Below, piece after piece: positions 27,517 through 38,709 of a DNA stretch of 64,000 nucleotides. Made by a program: the position numbers and the translations under genes. The DNA lies in NCBI RefSeq assembly GCF_037042905.1, contig NC_087245.1, forward strand, positions 9,736,001 to 9,800,000. The letters are read 5' to 3'. Numbering within the stretch: the first letter of the stretch is position 1; the number at the start of each line of letters is the position of its first letter. The notes below the pieces were generated by a model. The model had not been told where the DNA came from and did not search any database. It worked only from the letters and a program-made list of their open reading frames with translations. This stretch comes from Lytechinus pictus. Its lineage: Eukaryota.

Positions 27517-28710
27517 AACAAGTGGAGCAGTCTCACCTGCATTCAATATAGCAGCAGTGCTGACTTTGAAAACTACTATAAAATAATTATTCACAAAAAA
27601 AACCATTCATATAATGATACAATGCTACGTTCATTGACAATAAATGACATTGGACCTTGATCATGCGACCCAAGACTTGTCAGTGATACTTGATTACCCC
27701 TATATGCATAATTTATAAACTATATCTATAAACTTTGAAAGTTATGACAGCAATCTAATAATTACCTCCAAAATGGCCAAAGTTCAATGACCTTAAATGA
27801 CCTTTGACTTTGGTCATGTGACCTGAAACTCGCAAGAGATGTTCAATGATACTTGATTACTCTTATGTCTACGTTTCATGAATCAGGTCCATAAACTTTG
27901 AAAGTTATGATGGTAATTCAACAGATACCCCCAAAATTGGACAAAGTTCATTGACCTTTGTCCTTTGTCATGTGACCTGAAATTTGCACAGGATGTTCAG
28001 TGTGTGTGTGTGTGTGTGTGTGTGTGTATTTGAGTTTTGTCAGACGTGGATCAATCAGATATGATTATTTACGTCTGGGACCGACCTTTAACGTCACCAT
28101 CCGAAAGACGTGACCGGGGCTTGAACCTCTGCAACAATTTGTAACTTCCCCACATAGCTTGGATTACAGGCGCACGCCACAATGCCCAGTCAGTGATACT
28201 TGATGTCCAAGTTGTATGAACTAGACCAATAAACTTTCAAAGTTATGATGGTAATTCAACAAATACCCTTAATTTGGCCAAAGTTCATTGACCCTAAATG
28301 ACCTTTGACCTTGGTCATGTGACTCAAAACTCAGGCAGGATGTTCAGTAATACATGTACTTGATTAACCTTATGTCCAAGTTTCATGAACTAGGTCCATA
28401 TATTTTCTAAGTTATGATGACATTTCGAAAACTTAACCTTCGGTTAAGATTTTGATGTTGATTCCCCCAACAGGGTCTAAGTCATTGACCCTAAATGACC
28501 TTTTGCCTTGGTCATGTGACCTGAAACTCAGGCAGGATGTTCAGTAATACTTGATTAACCTTATGGCCAAGTTTCATGAACTAGGCCCATATGCTTTTTA
28601 AGTTATGCTGTCATTTTGAAAACTTAACCTTCGGTTAAGATTTGGTGTTGACGCCACCGCCGCTGTCGGAAAAGCAGCGCCTATACAGTCTCACTATGCT
28701 ATGCAGATAA
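27517..28710 (-). mobile_element. Helentron/DINE-1-like element, family A, interrupted by a SINE
   Basis: Family A termini and ~120-bp tandem units. Confidence 0.8.
28003..28189 (-). mobile_element. SINE with 7SL/Alu-like head, B box, Deu/Nin-like core and (CA)n tail
   Basis: Minus strand CTGGGCATTGTGGCGTGCGCCTGTAATCCAAGCTA...GGTTCAAGCCCC...GTCTTTCGGATGGTGACGTTAAAGGTCGGTCCC...(CA)n; TSD TCAGTG at 27997-28002 and 28190-28195, splitting the host unit ggatgttcagtgatacttga. Confidence 0.8.
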
Positions 28711-30769
28711 GAGAAAAGTATGGCTGACCAAGGTAAAAAATTTCTTTTTCTTATTGCGTCGCTTTGGTAGCCTTCGCTCAAGATCTCAACTCTGAACATG
28801 TGGGACTGTAATAAAACAATGTGCTGTATACGTAACAATCATTTCCAAAATTGACATTGCAGACATGCCAAGTCTCACGCCTTAGACGTGAGACTCCAGC
28901 TTTACCGGACTCTTGCTTTTCTCTCATATCTCTTTCTCACGCCCTTATTCCTGGGGCCCGTAACACAAAGCTTAGCAATGATCGTAGAACATTTTTCTAC
29001 AATTGATTCCATTGACTACATTGTACAATCAATCGTAAAAATCAAGCGTACAATTAATCTGTAACCTATGTGTTACGAACCCAGGTGATCTTACACCAAT
29101 CAAGGTTCCCTGCCTAAAATCTCATGCATCACTGGTCCAGGGAAGTGGGAGGTTTTGAAAATGGGAACTTTAACAATTGAGTAAATTTTTTTAATTGCAT
29201 AATATTTGTATGGTATACAATTCATATATTTTAGTCATACTCATAGTATTCAATTTGTGGATGGTTTAGAAAAAAAGGAAATTTACATTGTAGGCAAGTT
29301 TGTGACCTTCAATTTTGTCAAGATATCAGACCTGTAAGTAATCTCCCCAAAATTCCACACATTTATCCTTACTATTGAGAATTGGACTAATATATAATTT
29401 GAAAATGCATTACTTTCTCTATTTTTTTAGCTTCCATATCAAATAAATCAGGTAATTTTGGCTTCAAATTTTGTTTACTTTATTTTGCACCATTCAGTTA
29501 CACCACGCTAGTGGTGTGTATGTGTTTCTTTCTTTAAATGTGTAATTATATTTAAGATGTTTTTAAAATACCTTTTAATATAATGTTTATTCATTTTAAA
29601 TATATAAATTATCAATCTTTGTAATATGTAATGTATCATTGTTAACCAATTTTATCTGTACATAATCCAACCTTATAAAATTTACAATACGGTTGCAATA
29701 AAAGATTGCATTGAATTAATTGGCGTGTAGTGCTGTGTGCTTATTATTTACATCACAAAATGTAATTTCAGACAGCAAACTGTATGCTTTCAAACTTAAG
29801 AGGGGGTAGTTGAGGATGAAAGAAGCAGAAAGGAGAAGTAAAGAGAGCCTATCATCTACTATCACATTTCATTCTTTTTATGTAACTAGTAAAGTCACCA
29901 ACAGTGTAGTCCTTACACCGTTGGAGGCACTAATCAGAATCTTTAAAACTCAAGTCAACCCCAGAAAAATGTTGATTTGAATCATTAGAGAAAAATTCAA
30001 CAATCATAACTTTTAAAATTTCATCCAAATCATATTTTCACAAAAAAGTTATATTTGCAACTCAATTATATAAAAATTAGAGTCAATGATGTCCTACACT
30101 CACTATTTCTTTTGTTTTTTATTGTTTGAAGATACAAGATTTCAATTTTTGCGGATTTGACAATTACCAACTTGACTGAACCACAAAATGTTTAAATAAT
30201 GTAATTCCACATGTTCAAGAAGGAATAAAACTTTGTTTCACATGACAAAGTGGAGAAAATTAAAAAATTTCATATTTCATATAATGAAATACAAAAGAAC
30301 TAGTGAGCGGGTGACATCATCAATCCCCTCATTTGCATATTGAACAGGATTTGATTATAACAGTTTTTTTTAATTAAGCAAAACTTACATGTAAAAATTT
30401 CACAACTTTCTTATTTTACATCCAATTTTGATGAAATTTTCAGTGTTATGCTTGTTGGATTTTTCTCTTTTCATTCAATTCAAACTTTTGTTGGGGTGGA
30501 CTTGTCCTTTCACCACTTATATCTGACCTTTACTCAATAAAATATTGCACCTGCCCACCCGACATGAATTTCACAACAGACAAAGAAAATTATCTGAAAT
30601 TTATACCTCTAATGTTTAAACCTTTAAAACTGACTAGTATTTGCCCCCCCCCCCCCCTCATAGCAGAGTGAAGTGAATACATAAAACAAAGTAACAATAT
30701 TTACAATTAAGGAATAACCTAGTGTTTGTTCTATTGTTAATAATTATAGATCTAAATAAACAATTCTAA

Positions 30770-32325
30770 TAAACACTTCTTGCAGTCTTGCCTGCATTAC
30801 ACAATTCAATGTAGCAGCAGATTTTAAAACGACTAAATACAATGCATACCGTATTTTTCGGAATATAAACCGAGGCCGTGTATTTACTGCACCCCCAAAA
30901 AATCGGGAGGCAAACAAAAATTTAAAAAAATTGGCAGTTCGAATTCAATAGCATATTGTGTCTGCCAATTTCACTGAAACTTTCTGAAAGATCAAAAGAT
31001 ATTACTAATTTTTGTATTTAAAAAAATGGTTACTTCATTCTTTAACTTTTTTTTTCAAAGAATATAAATTATTTCTTTGTTGAATAAAGAAAAAAAAAGA
31101 CCATGAAATGGCAGTATTGTATATCAAACTTATAGTCTAAAAAGGGAAAAAGAAAAAAAAATGTTGAGAGAAACTGAGGAAAATAAATGAAGAATAGAGG
31201 ACATTATTTATTGCAAGTTTTATAACCAATTACCATCGATTATGATTACATGCCTATTGTAGAGCATTTTCCATGCATTTTTAGGTGTAAAAAAAAGGTG
31301 TAAAACAACCAGGGTTTTTTTAAAGAAAAGGAGACCATAAAATGGCATTTTTTATTATCAAAATTATGGTATAAAAAGGGAAAGTTTTTTTCAAAATATT
31401 GAGAGAAAAAGGAGAGAGATAAAGAATGAAGGACATTATTTATTGCCTTTTTAATAACCGATTACGATTACGATTATTACATGCCTATTGAAGAGCATTT
31501 TCCATGCATTTTAAGCTGAAAAAAAAAGTTTTCATCACAAAACAACCATTTATTTTAGGAAAACATTATTAAATCAATAGTAATTAAATGAATAATGTAA
31601 AACAACCTTTACACAGAAGATTTTTCAAAGAATATTTTGCAAAATATACTCTTTTTTTAGTAACCAACATATAATTATGCATTAAATATTCTATATAATT
31701 CTTGGTTGATTGGGGTAACTTTAATTACTGAAGAAACATAGACAGCTTACTGTTGAAATTTTGTTCCTTTGGATAAACCACACCCAATTTTTCTAGATTA
31801 TATAACGGGAAAAACTGCGCGGTTTATACACCGGAAAATACGGTAAATGTTCAAAAGGGGAGGGAAAATCCTAACATATATTGGATAATAAAACCCTAAG
31901 TTCTTTGAGCTTTGACCTTTGCTGAGTCAGACCAGAAATTACATCTGTTCATTTGCTGATACCCATTAACCATTATTAGTTTATGAAATTTTTATCTCCA
32001 AGTTTCCTTAAATAGACCCTTATACTTTCAAAGTTATGATGACATTTCAAAAAATTAAACTTGGTTACGATTTAGATATTGATACCCAAACATGGTCAAA
32101 GTTCATTGATGCTAAAAGACCTTTGACCTTGATCATGTGACCTGAAATTCATGTAAGATGATCAGTGATACTTGAGAGACCTTATGTCCAGTTCCATGAA
32201 ATATGTCCATATACTTTCTAATTTATATTGCTAGAACTTAACCTTTCATTGTTAACGACGATGCCATCGCCGTCATCAGGGAAGCAGTGCCTACAGTCTT
32301 GCTCTGCTATGCAGGCAAGACCAAA
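30770..32325 (-). mobile_element. Old family A Helentron-like copy, interrupted by a TA-flanked element
   Basis: gcagtcttgcctgcattac at left; gtcttgctctgctatgcaggcaagac at right. Confidence 0.7.
30849..31843. mobile_element. Tc1/mariner(pogo)-type non-autonomous element with an internal ~240-bp direct duplication
   Basis: TA|CCGTATTTTTCGGAATATAAACCG...CGGTTTATACACCGGAAAATACGG|TA. Confidence 0.85.
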
Positions 32326-32358
32326 ATAATGATAGGCAAGATATGATGAGATACTTAC

Positions 32359-32494
32359 GATATAGGCTCTGTAGATGTTGAAGTAACAGACTCCTTGAGC
32401 TCATGAAGAACAGCTTCACAAAGAATCTGAGGAACCTGACCATTCGAATGAGAGTCCAAACATTTATATAATCCTTCTGATTGCTGTAAGAAAT
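32359..32494 (-). CDS. TPGS1: TPGS1 exon 6: FLQQSEGLYKCLDSHSNGQVPQILCEAVLHELKESVTSTSTEPI(S)
   Basis: tttcag/gtaagt boundaries, 136 nt, phase 1-2; collinear with human FVARAGALFQLLE...QAVLDTLEGAL. Confidence 0.9.
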
Positions 32495-32829
32495 CTGAAA
32501 ATTATAGATGTAAGAAAAAACAAGACCATAATTATGTCAGGCAAAAAAAAAAATTATAAAAATAATTCCAGCAGTCATGGTCTTTGTGTCTTACATGTCG
32601 CTGCATAAGAAAATACATGTCTGCTCACCAGGTGCTCTCAGATACAGTATACGTTGAACTTCAATTATTTTCTTGTTTTACAGATATATAATGACTTCCC
32701 ATTTTGTCCTAAAAAATTTCAGGTATTGTTTATTATAATATACCTCTTACTACAGTATTCAGGAAAAAATTATTCTTCTTCCAACAAAGTAAATATCCTC
32801 TTTCAATATATAACTCATAAATTACTTAC

Positions 32830-32945
32830 CAATAAGTACAAATGCAGTCAGTATTCCATGATGAAACACATCAAGTGGAATGAATTCATGGTCTCTTGGG
32901 CCGATCTTTTTCATGATATCATCTTCTACCGTTTCTGGAACAAAC
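32830..32945 (-). CDS. TPGS1: TPGS1 exon 5: FVPETVEDDIMKKIGPRDHEFIPLDVFHHGILTAFVLI(D)
   Basis: Matches human [27 protein letters not shown]; 116 nt. Confidence 0.93.
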
Positions 32946-33546
32946 CTACAAACATAATAGAATAAAAAAACATATTATTGCTGAAATTTCCAGATGGTGA
33001 ATTTTACAAGACATGCCCTCAATTACAATTTTTTGGGGGGGATTGCACTTGGTCTTAAGAGGTTAATAATCTAAAATGTATAAAGACTGTTGATTTATTA
33101 TTTCAATGTTCATTTCTTTTTAATTACTGCCATACACGACCAAATTTGACAATAATATAACTTTGAAAATTCAAGCATTACATCAAGAAATAATATTTAT
33201 TTTAAGGCGCTTTATGCCAGAGGACTGTAAAGTGCTGCTATTATCTTGTGACCCTAATCATTACTGTTATTACACCGGGTCCAATGACAGTCTCCTATTT
33301 GAGTGGCGTTGTTTTTTTTTTTTTTAACTGGGAGCTGGGATATGAACAGGACATCATCTCATAGATTACTAGGTATTTCTCCAAGAATGTGACATTCCCT
33401 ACATACAGAGATACGCAACAACTGCCTTCCCAGTAGAATTTAATTGCATGAAATAACCAAATAATATTTTTGGTCACTTGATTTCCCTGTTTTACTTTTA
33501 ATACATCATGGAAATTAATGTTAAATGTCAATTTCAAGTATCCAAC

Positions 33547-33610
33547 CTTAAAATTTTCCGCAACAATTCCTTATAAGCTGATCCAGTCAAACCAAAAGAA
33601 TGTTTAGAAC
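33547..33610 (-). CDS. TPGS1: TPGS1 exon 4: SSKHSFGLTGSAYKELLRKIL(R)
   Basis: Matches human PGLDGRTYSELLRRIC; 64 nt, phase 1-2, bridging exons 3 and 5 exactly. Confidence 0.9.
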
Positions 33611-34009
33611 CTGCCATGACAGAAAAAAAGTATTATGAGAATACATCTCAAAGCACAACATATGGTAATATAATAACAATAATGTGGGAAGTGGACAAAG
33701 TGAACATTCTACATGTAGGTTGGTTGCATACAAGAGTTCTGATAGACAATAACAAATCCACTAATACTTATTTAGTAGAATTCGCATCCCATTTTCGGTT
33801 TACACTCACAAGAAATCAAATTTTTTTGGAAGGTAGGTAGGACAAAAAAAAAAGAAACGGCATTTCTACTACTAAGTCTTAATATATTCTTTATTAGCAT
33901 TATTATCACAGACATTGCTCTAAATAGCCGTTCTCTTGTAAGAACCCTTTGGCTTTGGGCATGCATGAGCACTACCTACGCCATTCTTAACAATGAAAAA
34001 CCCTTTACA

Positions 34010-34385
34010 GTGTCAACTTGACGCTCCCCCATGACCAGCGTCAAATATTTAACCCTGTTTGACGCTCCAGTAACCATACTTGACGCTCCAGTAAAAAGTT
34101 GACGCTCCAGTAGGAGCGTCAACTTTTTATGAAATGCGCTGCAGCATTAAATATTAAATTTGACGCTGCAGGTGAAAATTTGACGCTGTTTTGGAACCTG
34201 ACGCTGACGCTGTACCTTTATGAAATGGGCCCCTGGGGAGCGTTTCATGAAAGGATTTTATCCGACAAGTCCTGTTTTATCCGACAATTACCATAGTAAC
34301 AGTAGCTCTCACCCAATCAGAATCAGGGAAAGTTGTCAGATCTGACAACTTGTCGGACAAAAATGTTGATGAAACGCTCCCCAGA
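34010..34385. mobile_element. Two abutting MITEs (TTGACGCT sub-repeat element and GGGGAGCGTTTCAT palindrome)
   Basis: Repeated ttgacgct motifs, then ggggagcgtttcat...atgaaacgctcccc. Confidence 0.65.
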
Positions 34386-34643
34386 TTGTAAAACAACCCA
34401 TAACTAATACAATGTAAACTTTCCAACACCACCCAGATCTGTCATGCCACACCTACAACTTGCCAAATACTGTTGCAAATATTTCACTTAAATTTTCTCT
34501 TGTATTTAGTCTATCGCTAGAGTGGGTGCATGTTCTTTCTTATGAGAGGACGTGTAATATGTTACACACTGCACTCAACTCTGAATTTACAGCCCAAGAA
34601 CATCGCTATAAACAGGAAGAAAAGAAGAGCTGTAGGAACTTAC

Positions 34644-34774
34644 TTGATGGTGTACTCAAGATCTGGTAGGCTGTGGCTACATTATCATCAAAGGCCAAAC
34701 GACTATGATGAGTGAGATACAGCACTTGATGTGCCCTCACTACTCGATTACCCTTCTCCCGAATACTTTCAAAG
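34644..34774 (-). CDS. TPGS1: TPGS1 exon 3: FESIREKGNRVVRAHQVLYLTHHSRLAFDDNVATAYQILSTPS
   Basis: Matches human [29 protein letters not shown]; 131 nt, phase 2-1. Confidence 0.92.
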
Positions 34775-35582
34775 CTGGACAAAAAATAAAAAATAAATGG
34801 ACGGTGAATGAGTAAATGAACAAATTCATTGCATACACTAATATGTACCACATCCCCCATACATATCAGTTATCCTTGTACTTAATATGGTTATAATAAT
34901 TGGCATGTTATCGTAAAGATAAAAGCACTGTATCCTTTTAATTGGATAGTTCACACTTTCCAGTTTTACCAGAGAAAACACCATCCTTAATATGTTGCTA
35001 GCAAAAATGTAAATACCACTATCAAGATAAAAATCTGTTTATTTGTATGCTTGATTTTAGTATAGAGTACCCAGTTGTTGTGTGTCTGGACAATCAATTT
35101 TAGAAAGTCATTGGAAAAATTTACAAGCGAAGTTTCATAAATTTTCAGTACAAAATGTGAGGAAATATTATAGAGAACAAAATAGAAGATGATTACAACT
35201 ATTGAATTCATATTTTTAGTGTAATCCGAAGACAAAAATTAAGGCTTCAAAAATATAAAGTGTCCAGACACCCGACCCGCCATCCTAATAATCAAGTATA
35301 AAAATCAACCATATAATAAAGTGTTAAGCTGGTATTACAAGGTCAAAGAATATTAAAACATTTGCTGATATAACACTGCATACAATAAGACAGTCTTCCC
35401 TTTGACACGGTGAAGACTGAACTCTGAAGTGTCTTCATTGTTTTTAATACAAAGAGCTCATATTTCGCACTTGAGAAAAGGACATCACAAGTGATCCCCA
35501 ATAAGTTTAAGAAAGAAGATCATGGAACCCCAGTGATTAAATGGTGAAAGTAATTAACGAAAAGTCAACATCATATACTTAC

Positions 35583-35673
35583 TAGCTGGCAAGAAACTGT
35601 ATGGGATCTTCTGGCCGGTTAGCAATGATCTTAGAAAGTGAATCTCTCACCCACTTTCCAACATGACTTTTCT
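35583..35673 (-). CDS. TPGS1: TPGS1 exon 2: KSHVGKWVRDSLSKIIANRPEDPIQFLAS(Y), RIIa/DPY-30-like dimerisation-docking motif
   Basis: RPEDPIQFLASYFE matches human RPEEPIAFLAHYFE; cacag/gtaagt boundaries, 91 nt. Confidence 0.92.
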
Positions 35674-35786
35674 CTGTGAACATTCAAGTTTATGATCATG
35701 TCAATTATGATATAGAATATAAACAAAGATATAAAAGCAATCAGAATGTCTCTGACAGTCTTGCCTACATTATGCAATTCAATATA

Positions 35787-36382
35787 CCGTATGGGCACTA
35801 GTATTCAACCCGGCATAATTCAAAGATTTTGTCATATTCCCCAAAATATTTAGAAATAGGGAATTTATCTTAATTTCATACCTTTGTTATTTCCAGGGTA
35901 ATCTGTTGTCGGTATTTTCTTTATCAATCTGTCGACTGTATGCGCGGAGGATCGAATTATGCGGTGATGGCCTTTTGCACTGAATGGCACTAGTATTCAA
36001 CCTAGTGAGGAATGATAGCAAATCTCAAAAGGGTTTAGATTGCTAAATTAGATCTAGATCTATGTAAGTCTCTGGCTTTGAATAATTCCCTGTTTGGTCT
36101 CATCTCAAATGGTCTAGTCCATAGTCGGATGGGACAAGGGCAGATTGAGAGACAGGGCCATCTTTCATCGCTAGGTTGAATACTAGTGCCAAAATCCGTC
36201 GCCGTATAATTCGATCGCCCGCGCACACAGTCAACTGGTTGAAGAAAAAAATAACGGAAAAAGAATAACCAGCATTTGCTCTTGGAAATAAGACGGGTCT
36301 GAAATTCAGGTAAATTCTATATTTCTATATATTTGAGGAAACTCTCCAAACGGGTTGAATACTATTACTAGTGCCCTTACGG
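35787..36382. mobile_element. TA-flanked TIR element with an internal second pair of TIR motifs, inserted in a family A remnant (~35740-36415)
   Basis: TA|CCGTATGGGCACTAGTATTCAACCCG...CGGGTTGAATACT..TAGTGCCCTTACGG|TA; internal GGCACTAGTATTCAACCTAG / CTAGGTTGAATACTAGTGCC. Confidence 0.8.
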
Positions 36383-36782
36383 TACATGTAGCAGTAAAGT
36401 GATGACTTTTAAAAGGTGAATAACTTCCAATTCCAAAAAGAAAAACATTATTTTGACAAAACTTTGGATTCCGTAACCAATTCAATTGATTTGAGGGGCT
36501 ACAGCCTCTTTGTTATTATTATTAAACCAATCTCTCAGGTCTCTTATTATTATTATTGACATGGGCTTATATAGTAAAGATTATTGAAGCTAGCTTGTGT
36601 AAAAAAATTTGTTCATTTTGACTGAGTGGAATTTGTGTAGTGCACTGTGAAGTTTGATAAGTTTTATTTGGAACTCAGTTTACAATGGTTTAGTAGATCT
36701 ATAGTGGCGTGGGTGCACTTTCATACCCCCAAGCCCGACGGGAAAAACTCAAGTCAAGTATCCTCATAGTCATAGCCAATAC

Positions 36783-37229
36783 TAGACCAAAACTTCGGTC
36801 TCTGTTATGTTGGTTGTTCAGCTGAACTCCGTTGGCTTCACTCACCAAATACAGAGACCGAAGTTCTAGCGCGATCTGTACAGGGGACTCAATGGCCATA
36901 TGTTTATGTGTATTAAGTTCGGATAAAACAGGGCAGTGAAGTTGCGCGACAGCCGAGGTAAGTCACTGTTTTTGTTCCTTTTAACTTGATTTTCCCCGCT
37001 TTTTGGTAATTAATGCCAAGAAGGAATATTAATTTGCATTTCGGTCGCGTTAATTTTCAAAAGTTTGATTCATTAAAGACAAAAATTGAAGAGCCCCGTT
37101 GGGGGGATTTTGCATTGTAAGTCCCCTAATGGTGGTTGCACGATAGCGAGCCGTCTGTGTATGAGGAGAAATTTAAAAAATATAAAAATGTTAAAAAACT
37201 CCTCGAAACAGACGGCTGCCAGCTGTCTA
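36783..37229. mobile_element. MULE-like MITE with short TAGAC ends in TPGS1 intron 1
   Basis: TAGAC...GTCTA; perfect 9-bp TSD AGCCAATAC at 36774-36782 and 37230-37238; other copies at 59504-59941 and 63920-64000. Confidence 0.85.
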
Positions 37230-37371
37230 AGCCAATACCGGTACATGCCCGGGGCTACTCCCGCCGGCGAGTGTGTCGTCGACTGCTATTTTATTCGTCG
37301 GACGAAAGGGGAAGAAAGTGCACTAGCGCCAAATTAATAAAAGTTACATATCAAGGTTTCACTATATTTAC

Positions 37372-37423
37372 CCAGATATTCTCGTCTGCTTTCGAGGTTC
37401 TTCTCGTCTGGTCTTCCAGCCAT
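37372..37423 (-). CDS. TPGS1: TPGS1 exon 1: MAGRPDEKNLESRREYL(E)
   Basis: ATG below a CpG-rich stretch, donor CTGG|gtaaat, phase 1 joins exon 2; ESRREYLE aligns with human ESEEDFLR. Confidence 0.85.
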
Positions 37424-37630
37424 TGGAATCACTGAATGATGTCAAATAAAAGATAAGACTCGTAGAGCCAGCTTCGCGATCGAGCATGTACGGTACCGGT
37501 ACCGGGTATAATAGGAGGCCAACCGACCGCACTTTTCAAGACTTCGGTCTGGCGCCTGGATGACCAAGAAAAAGGGAAGGGTGCCCCCCAAAAAGTAGGG
37601 ACAGGGAGTGGATACCGTATACGAAATATT
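37424..37630 (-). promoter_or_regulatory. Putative TPGS1 promoter / 5' UTR
   Basis: CpG-rich unique stretch upstream of the ATG, with a TCGCGA palindrome near 37473 and overlapping GGTACC palindromes near 37490-37505. Confidence 0.5.
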
Positions 37631-38019
37631 GGTCCAGTCATATGAACAAAATTATGCATTAGCTTTTTTTTTTTTTGGGGGGGGGGGTAATGACTTGTTT
37701 GTACAGTATTTCTAAATACATCATTGTGAATTTATTTAACAGATAAGAAGATAAAATAGAAACCATTCCTATACGGGGGCAAAATTCCACACTGAATTGT
37801 AAATAGCATGAGTCACAAAAACTTAATGCATGAACAGTGATTGTTGCCATTTGTTTGAACAATATTAAGATGGTGATGATGCAATTTTCTAGGAATACGA
37901 AGCAAAATCAGGATAAATCTGAAAAGATAGAGAAAGAGAGGTGGATAGAGAGGAGAGAGAAAGAAGAAAGATCTTGATGAACTGAGGGGAGGGCCTGGAG
38001 CAAGAACATTGGTTTCTTA

Positions 38020-38465
38020 TTTTGCCTGTCTCCTTTCTCTTTTTTTTCCAAATGATCATCTCTCTCTCTTTAGCACATCTTCCATTCTTCCTTCTTTAAC
38101 ATATTTTAAAAACTATTTTTCATTTCACTTTTCTTTCTTCTTTCTATTCCATCCTTCCTTTTCATAATCTTTCTGCTTTAATTCTTTTAATTTTTTTTTC
38201 ATTTTCTTTTAAGTTCCCCCCTTTCATGTTTTTCTTTTTCACATTTTTCTCTTTCTCACTCTTGCATCTTGTTTTCTCATCTTTCTTTCCTTTTTTCTAA
38301 TTTCCCCCATTTTTTCCTTTCCCCCTCTTCATTACAATTTTGTTGTTTTCATTCCTGTTTTTCTTTCCTTCTTTTCCTTTCTTGTTTATACCTTTCTTTT
38401 TTTCACTCTCTTTTTAAAATTTTCTCTATTTTTCCTTTTCCCTCCTCTCCTGTTTTCTGTTCTTG
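38020..38465. repeat. Pyrimidine-rich low-complexity tract
   Basis: Direct reading. Confidence 0.85.
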
Positions 38466-38709
38466 GATATTTTTATGTGATTTGTTTCCACAACCAAGTT
38501 GCTTTTTCAAAACATTGTCATATCCCGGAGAATCCTATGGTGAAATATTGATGAAAAGTTTAATTTTTCATCTTAGTTGTTGACATTTTGGATTCCGATC
38601 ACAGAATTGTTTAATTTTATAAATTTCTTTCTTATCTCTTAAATTGTTTGCATTGTATTCCATTTCTACAAAATTACATGCTTATTATTTACCTTTAAAT
38701 GCATATTTA

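Noticed and set aside
28150..28195. Human Alu contamination as the explanation for the Alu-like sequence
   Set aside because: The match covers only ~40 nt, continues into non-Alu SINE body, and sits with a TSD inside a repeat native to this genome.
28740..28850. Possible intronic C/D-box snoRNA on the minus strand
   Set aside because: No proper RTGATGA C box with a terminal CTGA D box and closing stem.
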